Positions 20,596 to 31,968 are shown, counted from the first letter of the whole stretch. The stretch: 62,645 nucleotides of DNA, filler included, from Chrysochromulina tobinii (GCA_001275005.1; 4 parts of 4 records of this genome joined end to end with filler, not necessarily neighbours in it); one strand, 5' to 3'. Translations and numbers: made by a program. The notes: generated by a model not told the origin, from the sequence alone.

Positions 20596-22903
20596 TCAAC
20601 TCAGGCGAGCCTCCTCGTACGCTTTCCTCTCTCCGCAGAAGGCGACGTGGCCGCCCTTTTTCAGCAGCAACACGTGCGTGACGCACGGCAGCACCTCCTC
20701 GTAGTGGTGAGTAATGTACACGAGGCCGGTGCCGGTGGCGGCGCACACTTGCTGCACGGTGGCGAGCAGCCGTTTGCGATTGAGCAGGTCAAGGCCCTGC
20801 GCGGGCTCATCCAGAACCAGGATCCTTGGGCGCGCCACGAGCGCCGCCGCGAGCAGCACCATCTTCTGCTCGCCCTGTGAGAGTGCACGAAATGGACGCT
20901 GCAGCAGCCCATCGTCGAGCCCGAGCCAGCGGTAGACGGCGGGGATGAGGGCAGCATGCGATTCCTTGTCCTCACCGTCCGCAGCGGGGGCTTCGACGAG
21001 GCTGCTGGCAAGCGTCTCGGAGCTCGCCAGGCTCAAGTGTACCTCTGTGCTGAGCCATCCGACCCCTCTGCGTCGCGGGGCTGGTGCACGAGCCCCCTCC
21101 TGCTGCGCCTCCCCCTCCGACTCGACGGCCAAAGGGGTATGCGAATGCGACTCGGATGGTGGGGGAGGGGGGGGAGCGCCTACGTCAGGAGGAGCAGAGA
21201 CGATCTTGGATCGTGCCAGATCATCTCCATGGGATCTGGCCAGATCATCTCCAGCACCTCTCTGCCTCAGAAGCATACGCCTCTCCGATGCATCGCCTCT
21301 GCTGTAGGCCGGGTGCAGGAAAGCTTTGGGCTTGTTGGCCGCGAGGCCGTCGGGCGTGCTCGTCGGTACAGAGGCTGACGCCACCGGCCGCGTCCACGTG
21401 GTCACCTTGTCCTTCTCGTGCCGGTAGTAAACGCGCCCGTTCTTGTCGCTTGTGTGCGCTGTCCATCCTTCGGGCAGCTCGGTGGCCGATGCCGCTGCAG
21501 CGCTGCCCGCGCTTCCTGCGCTGCCTGTGCTGCCTGTACTGCCCGTGCCGCCCATGCTGCCCGTGCTGCCCACGCCGAGCACGCGCAGCACGCCAGCCGC
21601 CCCTTGGGTCGCGAGGTCGGGTCGCACTAAGAGTCGGCTCAACGTACTCTTTCCTGCGCCATTGCCGCCGGCGATGAGCCAGTGCTCCCCTGGACGGACT
21701 ACCCAGTCCAGCCCCTCGAGCAGCACATGCTCGCCCCTCTGCACACGAAGGCCACGGGCCTCGACCAGAAGCGCTCCGCCCTCGCCACCGCCGCCCTCGC
21801 CAACGCCGCCCTCGACACCGCTGGCCTCGCCACCGCCGCCCTCGCCACCACCGCCCTCGACACCGCCGCCACCACCGCTGCTTCTGCTTCTGGCCTGCGG
21901 CGCTCTCCACACCGCAGCCACCTCTTCTAGCGTGGGCGGCGGTGGCAGCCGCAGCATCGCCCCATCATTTAGGCCGAGGGCCAGATCCAGCAGCGAGGCG
22001 GCGGCCATCCCCTTGGGGCGTCGGACGGTGTTCAGCCCGCCGCCGGCGCCGAAGAAGCTCACCGTCGCGACCTCGTCGACAATCTCCTCGGCACGCTGGG
22101 TGATGAGAAGCACCTGCTCAGAGATGTGATCAATGGCGATCAGTGGCGATCAGTGGCAATCAGCGGCGGTCAAGGCACTCGGCACGCAGGGTGGCGAATC
22201 GTCGCACCTGCGTGTGCGCCGTCGCGGACGCGCTCACACCCTGGATGAGCAGAGGGCTGAAGCCCTTGAGCGTGGTCGAGATGATCTCGGCGAGCATCGA
22301 ACGCGAAGGCACATCGAGCCCATCAAACGCGTTGTCGAGCACGAGCAACGACGGACGGCTCGTGAGCGCGCGGGCGATGAGCACTTTGCGTATCTCGCCC
22401 GTCGAGAGTGTTGCAACTGGTCGGTAGAGCAAATTGTACAGACCGAAGCGCACGATCAGAAACTTGGCCGCCGCGCTCAGGTGCGAACGTGTCGAGAGTG
22501 CTTGGTACACGGTGCCGCCCTCGGCGAGCAGCGCCTCGTGCGATTCAAAGGAGACCAGGCTCACCGACTTCGGCGTCCAGCCCTCGCGCCGCTCAATCCG
22601 ACCGCGACGCACAAAATTGTCACGCTCGCTGGAGCCCAGTGCTTGCGCAATCAGCGTCTTACCAAGCCCATTGCGGCCCAACAGCGCGTGGCCGCCAGCA
22701 GACACCGGCCCGACTCTCAGGTCCAGAGGCGCTGTGCGTTGGGAGGAGCCGGCGAATGCGAGTTCTGCGCCGTCCAGTGTTACCAACGGAATTTCCGGCG
22801 GCCCTTTACTCACGCTGGTAGTGACGAGCGTGCGCTGGAGACATGGTCGGGTGAGGAGCATCGATCTCGATGCGCGGACGGCGCTCACTTGACCTGTCAC
22901 CAT
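20596..22903 (-). CDS. ModF-like two-domain ABC ATPase with inserted WW domain; intron 22114-22207
   Basis: Domain 1 has [22 protein letters not shown] and [12 protein letters not shown]. Domain 2 has [25 protein letters not shown] and ITHH. The WW domain is [31 protein letters not shown]. An alternative ATG at 22861 gives a mitochondrial-like presequence. Confidence 0.85.
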
Positions 22904-23140
22904 GAGAGTCCGATGAGGTCGCGCGGGATTTCGTCAGTGTCCATATTCATTAGCCTCTTGGCGTGTGTCTTCCCAACGTGGGGAAAGTTTGGCAGGGCGA
23001 ATGCGATTGTTGTCCGCCGCGGCGCGGCGGCGGCGACGTTTCGCAAGTTTTGGGGGTCACCGACGGCGTGTGCTTGTCGTCGGCTTTGACGTGGCAAGGT
23101 CGCAGCGTCGAGCGCTCCTACTCAGGGACAGTCCATCTCG

Positions 23141-24000
23141 ATGCCTCGCCGCTCCATCGCGGTGGCTTGCTGGCTGGTGAGCGCCGCCTCGGCGGTGTTT
23201 CTCGAAGGCTTCGACCAGAAGGATGTCGACTGCGCTGCGTGCATGGCCGTGGGTGACGAGCTCACACGCGCATTGCTCAAGGAGAAGGCATCGCAAAACC
23301 TCGACCTACAATCACACAGGGTGCGCGCCCCCGCACGCGCCGCAGCGCTCGCCACACACGGCGCGCGCGCCATGTCGGCTTTTTTTTCTCACTCGTGGGC
23401 GTTCCGCGGCGCAACCTGCTCCTCTGCTCTTCTCGACAGGATCGACGTGCGGGCAAGGCCGCAAAGATTATCGATTACAAGATGAGCGAGCTGCGCGTCA
23501 TCGAGGTGATGGAGAATGTGTGCCCTGCGATGGCAGACTATGGTCATTTCAACACCCAGCCTTTCCAATCCGTCCTCATCAAGAAGGACCAGCCCAGCCG
23601 GGGCACGCCGTACTTTCAGCGCGTCAACAATGGTGGCGGCGACACGTCGATCACCATCAGCGGCACGGGGCTCTCCGATCTGAACAGCATCACCGGTCGC
23701 CAAACGCGCGACGAGCTCCGCCGGCACTGCGACGCGATCCTCGAAAACAACGAGGAGGATGTCACCGAGCTCATCCGCGGCGGTCTCGACGAGCCGGAGA
23801 CGATCGGCAAGAGGTTGTGCATCGACACTGCGAGCCAGTGCACCGAGCAGCAGATCAGCAAGATCCCGAAAGAAGCGCGGCTCGCGGGGCTCAAGCTTCC
23901 GGGTATGGAGGAACCGGAGATCGAGCTGCCGCCGGCGCCGAAGCTCAAGAAGACGAACAAAAAGTCGAAAAAGAAGAAGGCGGGCAAGGATGAGCTCTGA
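23141..24000 (+). CDS. Canopy (CNPY/DUF3456) saposin-like ER protein; intron 23321-23439
   Basis: Signal peptide, CAAC, DYKMSELRVIEVMENVC, LRRHCDAILE, LCIDTASQC and C-terminal KDEL. Confidence 0.9.
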
Positions 24001-24126
24001 GCTATGGTATGCTTATCAGTCGTAACCGCGTGAAACGAATTGTTGGTAACATTGTATTTGATGTGTAATCAATCTCGAAGCAATCTGCGCTCGCGGCTCC
24101 ACCCCGACGCTGGCGGGGGAGCGACG

Positions 24127-26850
24127 ATGGCCTTGTGGAAGCTGCTGCTTGCGCTTGCCGGCGCATGCGTGCACGGATTCGGCGTGCCGACAATCACACC
24201 TACGCCTTACGTGGTCCAACAGATGGCCTTTGCGTCGGAAGCCGTGCAGAAATCGTCTTGGGACGCACATCGGTCTCTCATCTTCCCATCCATCAGTCTC
24301 GCAGCAAATCAAGACCTGAGCGCCATCAAGCTTCACGCGCCACTAAAGAAGACGGACTATCCTCTGCTGAGCTCCCAGGTCGATGAAGAGACGCTCAACG
24401 TCGACAAATTTCTGAGCTCGCTCCCTTTGCTGAGGGAGAAGCTGGCTGGGGCGACGCCTGCTGCCCAGCCCATTCTGTCCTCCAGAGGAGCTGCAAGAGG
24501 AGTGGATATTTACGAGGTGCCAAAACGGGTGGCGAGTCCCGTTGACTTGGACAAGGAGCTCGAGACGATGCGCGAGCAACTAGCGGCGAAGCAGGCTGAG
24601 CTACAAGCAGTCGCCGCCGCGAGGTCTCGTGTGGCGGCTGCAGCAGCGGAGGCGACCGCGGCTGAGAAGGCGGCATCAGAGGCAACGGCTACTGAAGAGG
24701 CGGTAGCGGAGCCAGCGGAGCCAGCGGAGCCAGCGGAGCCAGCGGAGCCAGCGGAGCCAGCGGAGCCAGCGGAGCCAGCGGAGCCAGCGGAGCCAGCGAA
24801 AGCAGCAGAGGCGGCGGCTGCCGAACCGGCACGCATCGAGGATGCACACATCGATGCAGCACGCGAGGCCGAGGCACGCGAGGCCGAGGCACGCGAGGCC
24901 GAGGCACGCGAGGCGATGGCACGGCAGCTTTCGGAGCAAAAGGTGCGTGAGCTCGAGGCTGCACAGCGCGAGGCCGTCGAGGCGGAGGCGGCCGCAGAGG
25001 TGAAGGTGAAGGCGGAAGCCAAGGCGAGCGCAAATGCCGAGAAGGCGGCGTTGGAGGAGGCGCGGGCAGCAGCGGAGGTGGAGGCGAGGGCGAGGGCTGA
25101 GGCTGAGGCGACGACGGAGGCGGAGGCTACGGCGGAGGCCGCGAGGAAAGCGGTGGCGGCGAACGAGGCGGCGAGGGCGGAGGAGCAGCAGGCGGCCGTT
25201 GTGGAACGGGAGGCGCGCGAGGCAGCCGATGCGGCGGCCGACGCCGCGGCGAAGGCGGAGCTCAAAGTGGTGGCGGCCGAGGTGGTGGCACGGGAGGCGT
25301 CGGTTCCGGAAGAGGCTCTCGGGGAGGCACAGCGACGGATGATGGAACTGGAGGCGGCCCAACTGCAGGCGGTGCAGGCAGAGACGGCGCGGCTCGAAGC
25401 GGCGGAGGCGGCCAAAGTAGAACGGGAGGCTTCCCTTGAGGCGGCGGAGGCCGAGGCGAGGGCAATGGACGAGGCACGAGCGGCGCAAGCGCGGGCGGTT
25501 GAGGAGAGTCGCCGAGCTGCCGAGAGGGCCGCCGCCCAAAGAGATGCAGCCGAACGTGCGGCTGCGGAGCGTTTAGCTGCGGAGCGGGCGCGAGTGGAAC
25601 GCATCGCAGCCGCAGAGGCGGCGGCGCAGGCCGAGGCGCGTGTACAGGTGAAGCTCAACGAGGCGCTCGCCATGACCAAGGAGGCCCAACTGGCGGCCAT
25701 GAGCGCCAGGGAAGCAGCCACAAGTGCGCGAGCGGCGGCGGAGGAGGCTAAGGTGGAGGAGCGGCTTCGGCAGTTGCAGGCGCGCCTCGAGGGCAAGCTT
25801 GACGAGCTGGGCGCGAAGCTCGAGCGGCTGGATGCGGATGAGCGGGCGGCCGAGGCGGCGGCGGTTGAGCGGGCAGAGGCCCAGGCGCGCGCCGAGGCGG
25901 AGGCGCGGGCGCGGGCGCAGGAACAGGCGGCGGCCGAGCGGGAAGAGGCCGAGCGGGCGGCGGCCGAGAAGGCGGCGGCGCAGGCGGCCGCGCAGGCTGA
26001 AGAGGAAGCGCAGAACAAGGCGGACGAAGAGGCGAGGGCGAAGGCGAAGGTGGAGCGTCGGGAGAGGGCCAAGGCACGTGCCGAGCAGTCACGAGCCAAA
26101 CTTTCGGAGAGGCTCGTGAGTCTTCAGCAGGCCGTCCTCAAACCCGCACTCGGGGCGCTCCGCGAAACGTCCCCGGAGCTCGAGAAGAAGCTCACTGAAG
26201 AGGTCGCACCGCAACTCCAGCGTGGAGTTTCGTCAGCCGTCCAAGCCACACAGCGAAGCCTGCAGGAGGCTGAACCCCCGCTGCGACAGTTGGCTGGCCA
26301 GCTCGACACGCTCAAACAGTCCACGGTGGAGGCCGGAAAGCAGCAGCTGGTCCCGATTCTCAAAGATGGCGTGCAGACGGCGAACGAGGCGCTGCAGAGG
26401 GCATTGCAGCCGCTCACCGATCAGATCGAAGACGCTTTGGACTGGCTCGGCGCGCCGACGGCGCTCAAGACGGCGCTCGCCCGTGCGTCCTGGGTCCTGC
26501 TCTTGCCGCTACTGTTCACACTGCTCGAGGCGCTCAAGCCGGTGCTGCTGCCCGCTCTCGCTGCGCTCGTGGTGCTGCTCGGGCTGGGGGCCGCCTCGAA
26601 GCTCTCGCTGCAGTTCCCACAGCTAGGCGAGCCGCTTGACATCTTCCTTAAGGCGAGTGCCTTCGTCGGTGGCACCGTGCTCGTGGTCTCCACGCTGCGG
26701 AGCGCTGCGCTCTTCCTCTCGGGTGCCCGAGAGCCCGCGCGGCGGCGGCGGCTGAAGGCCAAGGGAGACGCGGAGGAGCTGGGTGAGGAGGAGCGCCGAA
26801 GGACCCTCGTGCGCAGGATCGAGGAGCGCAGGAGAAGGCGTCGACTTTAG
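24127..26850 (+). CDS. Ala/Glu-rich coiled-coil protein with signal peptide and C-terminal transmembrane helices (possibly plastid)
   Basis: MALWKLLLALAGACVHG|F presequence, a 9-bp (EPA)n repeat at about 24706-24798, a long EA/RA helix and three hydrophobic segments near the C-terminus. Confidence 0.7.
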   Translation: MALWKLLLALAGACVHGFGVPTITPTPYVVQQMAFASEAVQKSSWDAHRSLIFPSISLAANQDLSAIKLHAPLKKTDYPLLSSQVDEETLNVDKFLSSLPLLREKLAGATPAAQPILSSRGAARGVDIYEVPKRVASPVDLDKELETMREQLAAKQAELQAVAAARSRVAAAAAEATAAEKAASEATATEEAVAEPAEPAEPAEPAEPAEPAEPAEPAEPAEPAKAAEAAAAEPARIEDAHIDAAREAEAREAEAREAEAREAMARQLSEQKVRELEAAQREAVEAEAAAEVKVKAEAKASANAEKAALEEARAAAEVEARARAEAEATTEAEATAEAARKAVAANEAARAEEQQAAVVEREAREAADAAADAAAKAELKVVAAEVVAREASVPEEALGEAQRRMMELEAAQLQAVQAETARLEAAEAAKVEREASLEAAEAEARAMDEARAAQARAVEESRRAAERAAAQRDAAERAAAERLAAERARVERIAAAEAAAQAEARVQVKLNEALAMTKEAQLAAMSAREAATSARAAAEEAKVEERLRQLQARLEGKLDELGAKLERLDADERAAEAAAVERAEAQARAEAEARARAQEQAAAEREEAERAAAEKAAAQAAAQAEEEAQNKADEEARAKAKVERRERAKARAEQSRAKLSERLVSLQQAVLKPALGALRETSPELEKKLTEEVAPQLQRGVSSAVQATQRSLQEAEPPLRQLAGQLDTLKQSTVEAGKQQLVPILKDGVQTANEALQRALQPLTDQIEDALDWLGAPTALKTALARASWVLLLPLLFTLLEALKPVLLPALAALVVLLGLGAASKLSLQFPQLGEPLDIFLKASAFVGGTVLVVSTLRSAALFLSGAREPARRRRLKAKGDAEELGEEERRRTLVRRIEERRRRRRL

Positions 26851-27079
26851 TGATGGCGCGCACCGTTTGGGCTACCGTATACATCTTACATGGCTGTCTC
26901 CACCGACATCTCTGGCATAATCATCATCGGATTCCATCGGACAACAGACATCCGGAGGAGATCCAGGCTTAGGATTAGAGTGTTCTACATTCTAGTTCAC
27001 ACTTTATTCACACCTATGCGGCGTCACACCATGCGACATACCCATGTAGGCATGTAAAGGGTTCCCTATTGGGCTATCG

Positions 27080-28243
27080 ATGTCGGCATCGTCCGAAGTG
27101 GCTCTGCCGATCCTGCTTACCGCCCTATGCATGACGGCCATCGGGCTCCTCAGTGTTCTTCTGCGCCGCCGAACCTCGCTTGGCGCTGCGTCTCAGCCTG
27201 CGCCAGCATCGCGTAGCCGTGAGCTGAGCTGCAGCGGGCGTTGGGAGAAACGTGAGGATGACGGCTTGCGGCTGCACCCGCGCACGGCGTTTGGCTCGTG
27301 GGGACGCGGAATGGGCGAACTCATGAACCCGCGTTTCCTGCTCTCTACGGCCGAAGGCATCCTTGTGGCGGACAGCGGCAATAACCGGCTCCAAATCTTC
27401 TCAGCGGATGGCGAGCCTCTGCGCATCATCTCCGGAGGACGGCCCGGCCATCCGACGGGGCTCGCCTCGGACGGCATCCACGTGTGGGTGGCGGACAGCA
27501 GCAACTGCAGCGTGACCAAAGTCCGCCTCTCGAGCGGCAGTCCCGAGCTCCGATGCGGCAGCTATGGCTCGGCGGCCAACGAGTTCAGCGCCCCAGAGGG
27601 TCTTGCGCTTGCGCATGGGGTGCTCTTCGTGGCCGATGAGGGCAATCAGCGCGTCGTGCTGCTCGACGCAGCCACTCTCACCTGGCGTGGCGCCTTCGGC
27701 TCCCCGGGTCGCCAGTGCGGCGATCTGTGGAACCGGGGGTGGAACCCCGTGGGACTCACCGTTATTGATCAGGAGCTCTACGTGCGCGACACGCACAACC
27801 ACCGCATCCATGTCTTTGACGTGAAGGGTGCCGTGGAGGGCGCCGTGGAGGGCGCTGTGGAGGGCGCGCGTGGGCCGGGTGCGTGTGGCGCATGTTTGCG
27901 CTCCTTTGGTGGTGCAGGCAGTGCGCCCGGCCTCTTCGATACGCCCACGGGCATGGTCCACGACGGGCATGGCCGCCTACTGGTCTCTGAGGCGGGCGCG
28001 AAGCGCATTCAGATGCTGAGCACGCACGGCGTGCCGCTGCAGGTGCTGCCGCTGCCGCACGCAGGCCGGCTCTTCGGCATGTGCGTGCGCGGAGGCGTCA
28101 TCTATGTGGCTGACTATGAGAACCACCAGGTGCACGTGCTCGACCTCAAGCAGGCACCGTTGCCGCTCAGCCCGCCCGTTTCGCCCGCTCGTCCAACAGT
28201 GTCTCCTCAGAGTACGGTTGACGCACTATACCTCACGTCATGA
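27080..28243 (+). CDS. NHL-repeat beta-propeller protein with N-terminal membrane anchor
   Basis: Repeated motifs ILVADSGNNRLQIF, FSAPEGLA, LFVADEGNQRV, DTHNHRIHVF and IYVADYENHQVHV. Confidence 0.9.
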   Translation: MSASSEVALPILLTALCMTAIGLLSVLLRRRTSLGAASQPAPASRSRELSCSGRWEKREDDGLRLHPRTAFGSWGRGMGELMNPRFLLSTAEGILVADSGNNRLQIFSADGEPLRIISGGRPGHPTGLASDGIHVWVADSSNCSVTKVRLSSGSPELRCGSYGSAANEFSAPEGLALAHGVLFVADEGNQRVVLLDAATLTWRGAFGSPGRQCGDLWNRGWNPVGLTVIDQELYVRDTHNHRIHVFDVKGAVEGAVEGAVEGARGPGACGACLRSFGGAGSAPGLFDTPTGMVHDGHGRLLVSEAGAKRIQMLSTHGVPLQVLPLPHAGRLFGMCVRGGVIYVADYENHQVHVLDLKQAPLPLSPPVSPARPTVSPQSTVDALYLTS

Positions 28244-28699
28244 GGCAAGCGGACTACGCAGGGCCGTCCATTGCGCACTGGATTCGATCAGCAACATGTG
28301 CCACCGCTCACTCAGGACGAGCATGACGCCGATTACATTTCATTCAACGCATGCTAGCGCGACTCGAAGTTGCTACATCAGGAACCAGATCAGTCAAGAG
28401 TCAGTTACCCGTATGGTTCTCCTGTACTACAATTGTACTGTATCGTGGAGCCTGTGTTTGGGGGGCCTGGGCCCGCAACGTATCGATCGACCGAGGCACC
28501 GTCGATTGGTTTCAGAAGAGGGGCGAGGGATACGTACACCGAGTACGAATCACCGACCCTACACCGCAAGCGGGCGTGGTGCATGCACGTGACACGTGGC
28601 AGCACACAACACCGTTACACGGAAATTCCCCGTCCCCCCTTGCAACCAAAAACCAAGCTTCTGGACGTGCGTGCTCGATCGAGCCGCCCGCGCGCGATC

Positions 28700-30742
28700 A
28701 TGCAGACGCGCCGCGGAGCACAGAAGCGGGGTCGCGATTCTGGAGTACAAGCCGGCCCACCACGAGCAGGTGACCCTGCCGTCGGTGCCCAAGTCGAAAC
28801 TCTAGCGGGCGACGAGCACATCCCCGACGCGCACGCGCAAACTGCAGAAGATGAATCAATCGCCCCCTCAGCAGGGAGCGAGGGCGGAAGCGCCAGCGAG
28901 AGTGCGCAGCCGATCAGCGGCACCGCGCCGCGCGATACCCACGATGACGAACGCCCGAACGCAGCGCCACCCGCGCAGCAGCCGTCTCCGGTCGGCCACC
29001 TTATCAGGGTGTTCACCCCATATGGGGACCTCGATGGCACCATCGACCCCAGCGGCGCAGGCGCGTGGCACAACATCTGGGACGACACGCCGCAGCCCGG
29101 CCAACGTGGCTACCAGCCGGGCAGCTCTAGCAACTCGTCGGAGTGGCCATCGTCGGCGCTCAAGCGTAGCATGTTCTGCAACCCCTCGGGCCCTCCGCCT
29201 GCCGCGACTACGACTCCCGCGGAGCCGTCGCACGGGATGAGCGGCCAGCTGGTGCCATTCGGAGAGCAGCAGCAGAGCCGCCTCCACCCCACCAGATCCG
29301 ACTCCAGCGTCAGCATGCCCGGCTCACGGCTCCAGCACATCATGCAAGGGCTGCGCGAGTCGAACCAGGCGGAAGAGCTCAAAGCGAGAGCCGAGCAGGT
29401 CGCTCGTGCCATCGCAGGAGAGCAAGAAGAAGTACGGCGAGCGCTGCTGACCTACCCCGACGGTCACTACGTGTGGAACACGATCAGCGACAAACGGCCA
29501 AGAAAGCCAGCACTACCTATCCGAAACCGCCTTTACATCGCTACCAATACAGCACGCGACACCGCCCCAGCCTCGGCGACGTACCTGCTGCACCAACAGC
29601 ACCTCGCCGAACAGCCCAGCACGCATGCCGCACACCAACGGGCTCTCGTGGTTCCCACCGGCCAGCACAGCGGCCTCGAGCAATACCAGCCCATCGGCGT
29701 CGCAGTACCCATGGAGGCAGCGCTTCAAGGCGACGGCCGCTACGTCGCCTGGGCCAAGGCCAGCTGCGCCATCGGCGAAGCGGCGCAGCTACTCATGCCG
29801 GCTCAGTTGGGCAGAAACAAAAAAGGCGGGCCCCTCATCACTGGCAAGATGAGAGACCAGGCGAACAGGACTAGGGCCGCATGCCAGCTCGCCTCAGCCC
29901 TCTCGCTGCAGACGATTGCCGGCATTTGGGGGAGAGACCTCATCAAGACGGCCATGCGGCTCCACGACGACGAGCCCTACAGCGTGAACTGCGCCGACGA
30001 GCTCGTGACGTTCCTCGCCCGATGGGGCACGTCCACGCTCAAAGGCGCCCTCTCCACGCTGACGCGCCTCCGGGCATACGCCGAAGCAAAGGGAGAGTAC
30101 GACGCAGCCGACAACGACACGTACCCGGCGCAGCTCACTAACAGCTTCCTCGACGAGGTCAACGTCAAGGCCATCGACGCCGCCAAAGCGTACAGAGAAA
30201 AGGCCGAGGCCGAAGGCAGAGTGCTCACAGCGCAGCAGCAGAGGCGCGACGGGCGCACAGCCGCCAAAACCGCCTTCCGCTCCCTGCGCTGGCTGCTCGA
30301 CAACGTCAAGATGGCCACGGCGGCAGACGACGCACTCGTCTGCAAGCGCAAGTTTGGTACAACAATCTCCATCCCGACGCCAGCGCTCGAGCCACCACAT
30401 TACGCCCAGCTCTGCTACCTCGCCGTGCACCACCACAGCCGCGTCGTGCGCGGCACCGCCGCCGGCTTCGCGCTCGTGGCTTCGCAGACGTCGAGGTTCA
30501 AGCAGGCGCAGGCGTGCGCCATCCTGGCCGAAAAGAACGGCGTGCTCTACACGTGCGTTCAGGTGGACAAGTCCAACGAGCCGCATAAGCAGTCGCCGCG
30601 CCCGGCCTTCGGGCCTATCTTCGACGCCTACGGCTCGCGCGGCGTCATTGACGCGGTCTATGACGCGCTCCGTGACGTCGAAGCAGGCTGCTTCCTCGTC
30701 CGTGATAACGACTCGGCCTCCGGCGCACCCGTCGAAGGCTGC
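28700..30742 (+). pseudogene. Tyrosine recombinase, N-terminal part (low-complexity region, core-binding domain, catalytic Arg/Lys)
   Basis: Helical core-binding-like segment (STLKGALSTLTRLRAYA...AFRSLRWL), then QTSRFKQAQ (catalytic R), VQVDKS (K) and FLVRDNDS. It breaks after GAPVEGC. Confidence 0.7.
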
Positions 30743-31473
30743 CTACCTGAGCCCTCTCGGCCTGGCTGCTGTGCTGTGCTTGGCTTGCGCTGAGGCCCGA
30801 GGGCGCTGCAGCGGGTGCTGGGCGGGGCTGGCTCTGGCGGGCGGCGCGGCGGCTCTGTGCTGCTGGCCTCGTAGCCGTACTCGTCTGCCCTTCAGGGGGA
30901 GTGCCCGTAGTCGCTGTCCACGCCGTCGAGGAGGCCAGACTCGTAGTGTGCTCGAGTCATTTCGAGTTGCTCTTTGCGCGTGAACTCGATATGGCATACT
31001 TGTGCGGGCGCGGGCGCTGCATCGTTGGCGGCTTCGGCATCTGGTGCGTCATCGCCGTCCGTGCCGGGCCCTTCGGCCCAGTCCATGGCGGCTAGCTCTT
31101 CGATGGTGTGCGCCGAGGCCAGTCTCTGGATGTCTTTCGACACTCGGATGGCTATGCGTGCGTCCCTTGCAAAGGCAGCGTTCTGTGCATATCTGTCCGG
31201 CAGGACCGCACATTTGAGCCTGTGTTTTTTGAGCTCTGCTGGTTCTGGGATTAGCGTGGCGCTCTGCGCGGCGCTGCCGGAGAAACGCCCGAGGCCGTGC
31301 CGCTCGATCGGCCCGAGAAGCATGCGTGCGGCGTGCTTGAGCATCATGGGCTTGAGCGAGTGGACCTTGAACTCGAGCAGCGACGGCGGCTTGCACGCGA
31401 GCGGCGGGAGCGACAGCAGAAACTGTAGCGCCGCGTCGGCCCGTCCGCCGAGGATGGGGCCGTTCGTGAAGGC
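30743..31473 (-). pseudogene. Tyrosine recombinase C-terminal catalytic half, inverted relative to the N-terminal part
   Basis: AFTNGPI...FKVHSLK (HxxR-type), HGLGRFSGS and LPDRYA (catalytic Tyr). It joins 30742 in frame when re-inverted. Confidence 0.75.
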
Positions 31474-31707
31474 GCGATCGCTTGCGATCCCTCTGCCTGC
31501 AGCCCGGCAAAGCACCAAGTGTGCCGAGCAGCTCGTAACAAGTACGCAGCATGAGCCTCTCAGTAGGCGAAGAACAGGCCAGTAAGCCGGCGCGCCTTCC
31601 CTTAGTCGGAGGCACACCGCAGCCCAACCGTCGTGGCCCGACTGTCGAGTGGGGCACGACGACGACGCACGCTCTCAAGAGCCGAGCGCGTTGCAGCATG
31701 CAAACCA

Positions 31708-31854
31708 AAGTCTCTCACCCGTAGAGAGCAGCACAAGTCTCTCACCAGTCGAGAGCAGTCAAAGTGAGTGAGCCTCTCCTCAGTCGAGAGCAGTACGGTA
31801 AGCCTCTCCTTAGTCGAGAGCAGTACGGTAAGCCTCTCCTTAGTCGAGAGCAGT
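31708..31854 (+). repeat. Five ~30-bp tandem units, each with a CTCTC-N7-GAGAG dyad
   Basis: Spacers are ACCCGTA, ACCAGTC, CTCAGTC, CTTAGTC and CTTAGTC. Each dyad is followed by CAG. Confidence 0.85.
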
Positions 31855-31968
31855 GAATCGACCCATGAGCGCGGCACAAGGGCCCACAGCGTAACGGGCG
31901 GTACATTGAGGATCAGTGTGGATAAGAGGAACAGTGGTAAGATACAGATGCCCCTCACGAGTACTATA

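Larger units (their letters stand above)
28400..31968 (+). mobile_element. Tyrosine-recombinase transposable element (Crypton-like or RT-less DIRS derivative); boundaries approximate
   Basis: Intronless YR ORF, subterminal tandem dyad array and termination at a contig break. No RT or RNase H ORF was seen. Confidence 0.7.

Noticed and set aside
24510..26099. Long antisense and alternate-frame ORFs (this one and many similar)
   Set aside because: They are shadows of GC-rich coding sequence with no independent motifs.
30892..30894. In-frame TGA in the recombinase tail as selenocysteine or readthrough
   Set aside because: It lies in a low-complexity tail with no SECIS evidence. A natural stop or a CGA>TGA change is simpler.
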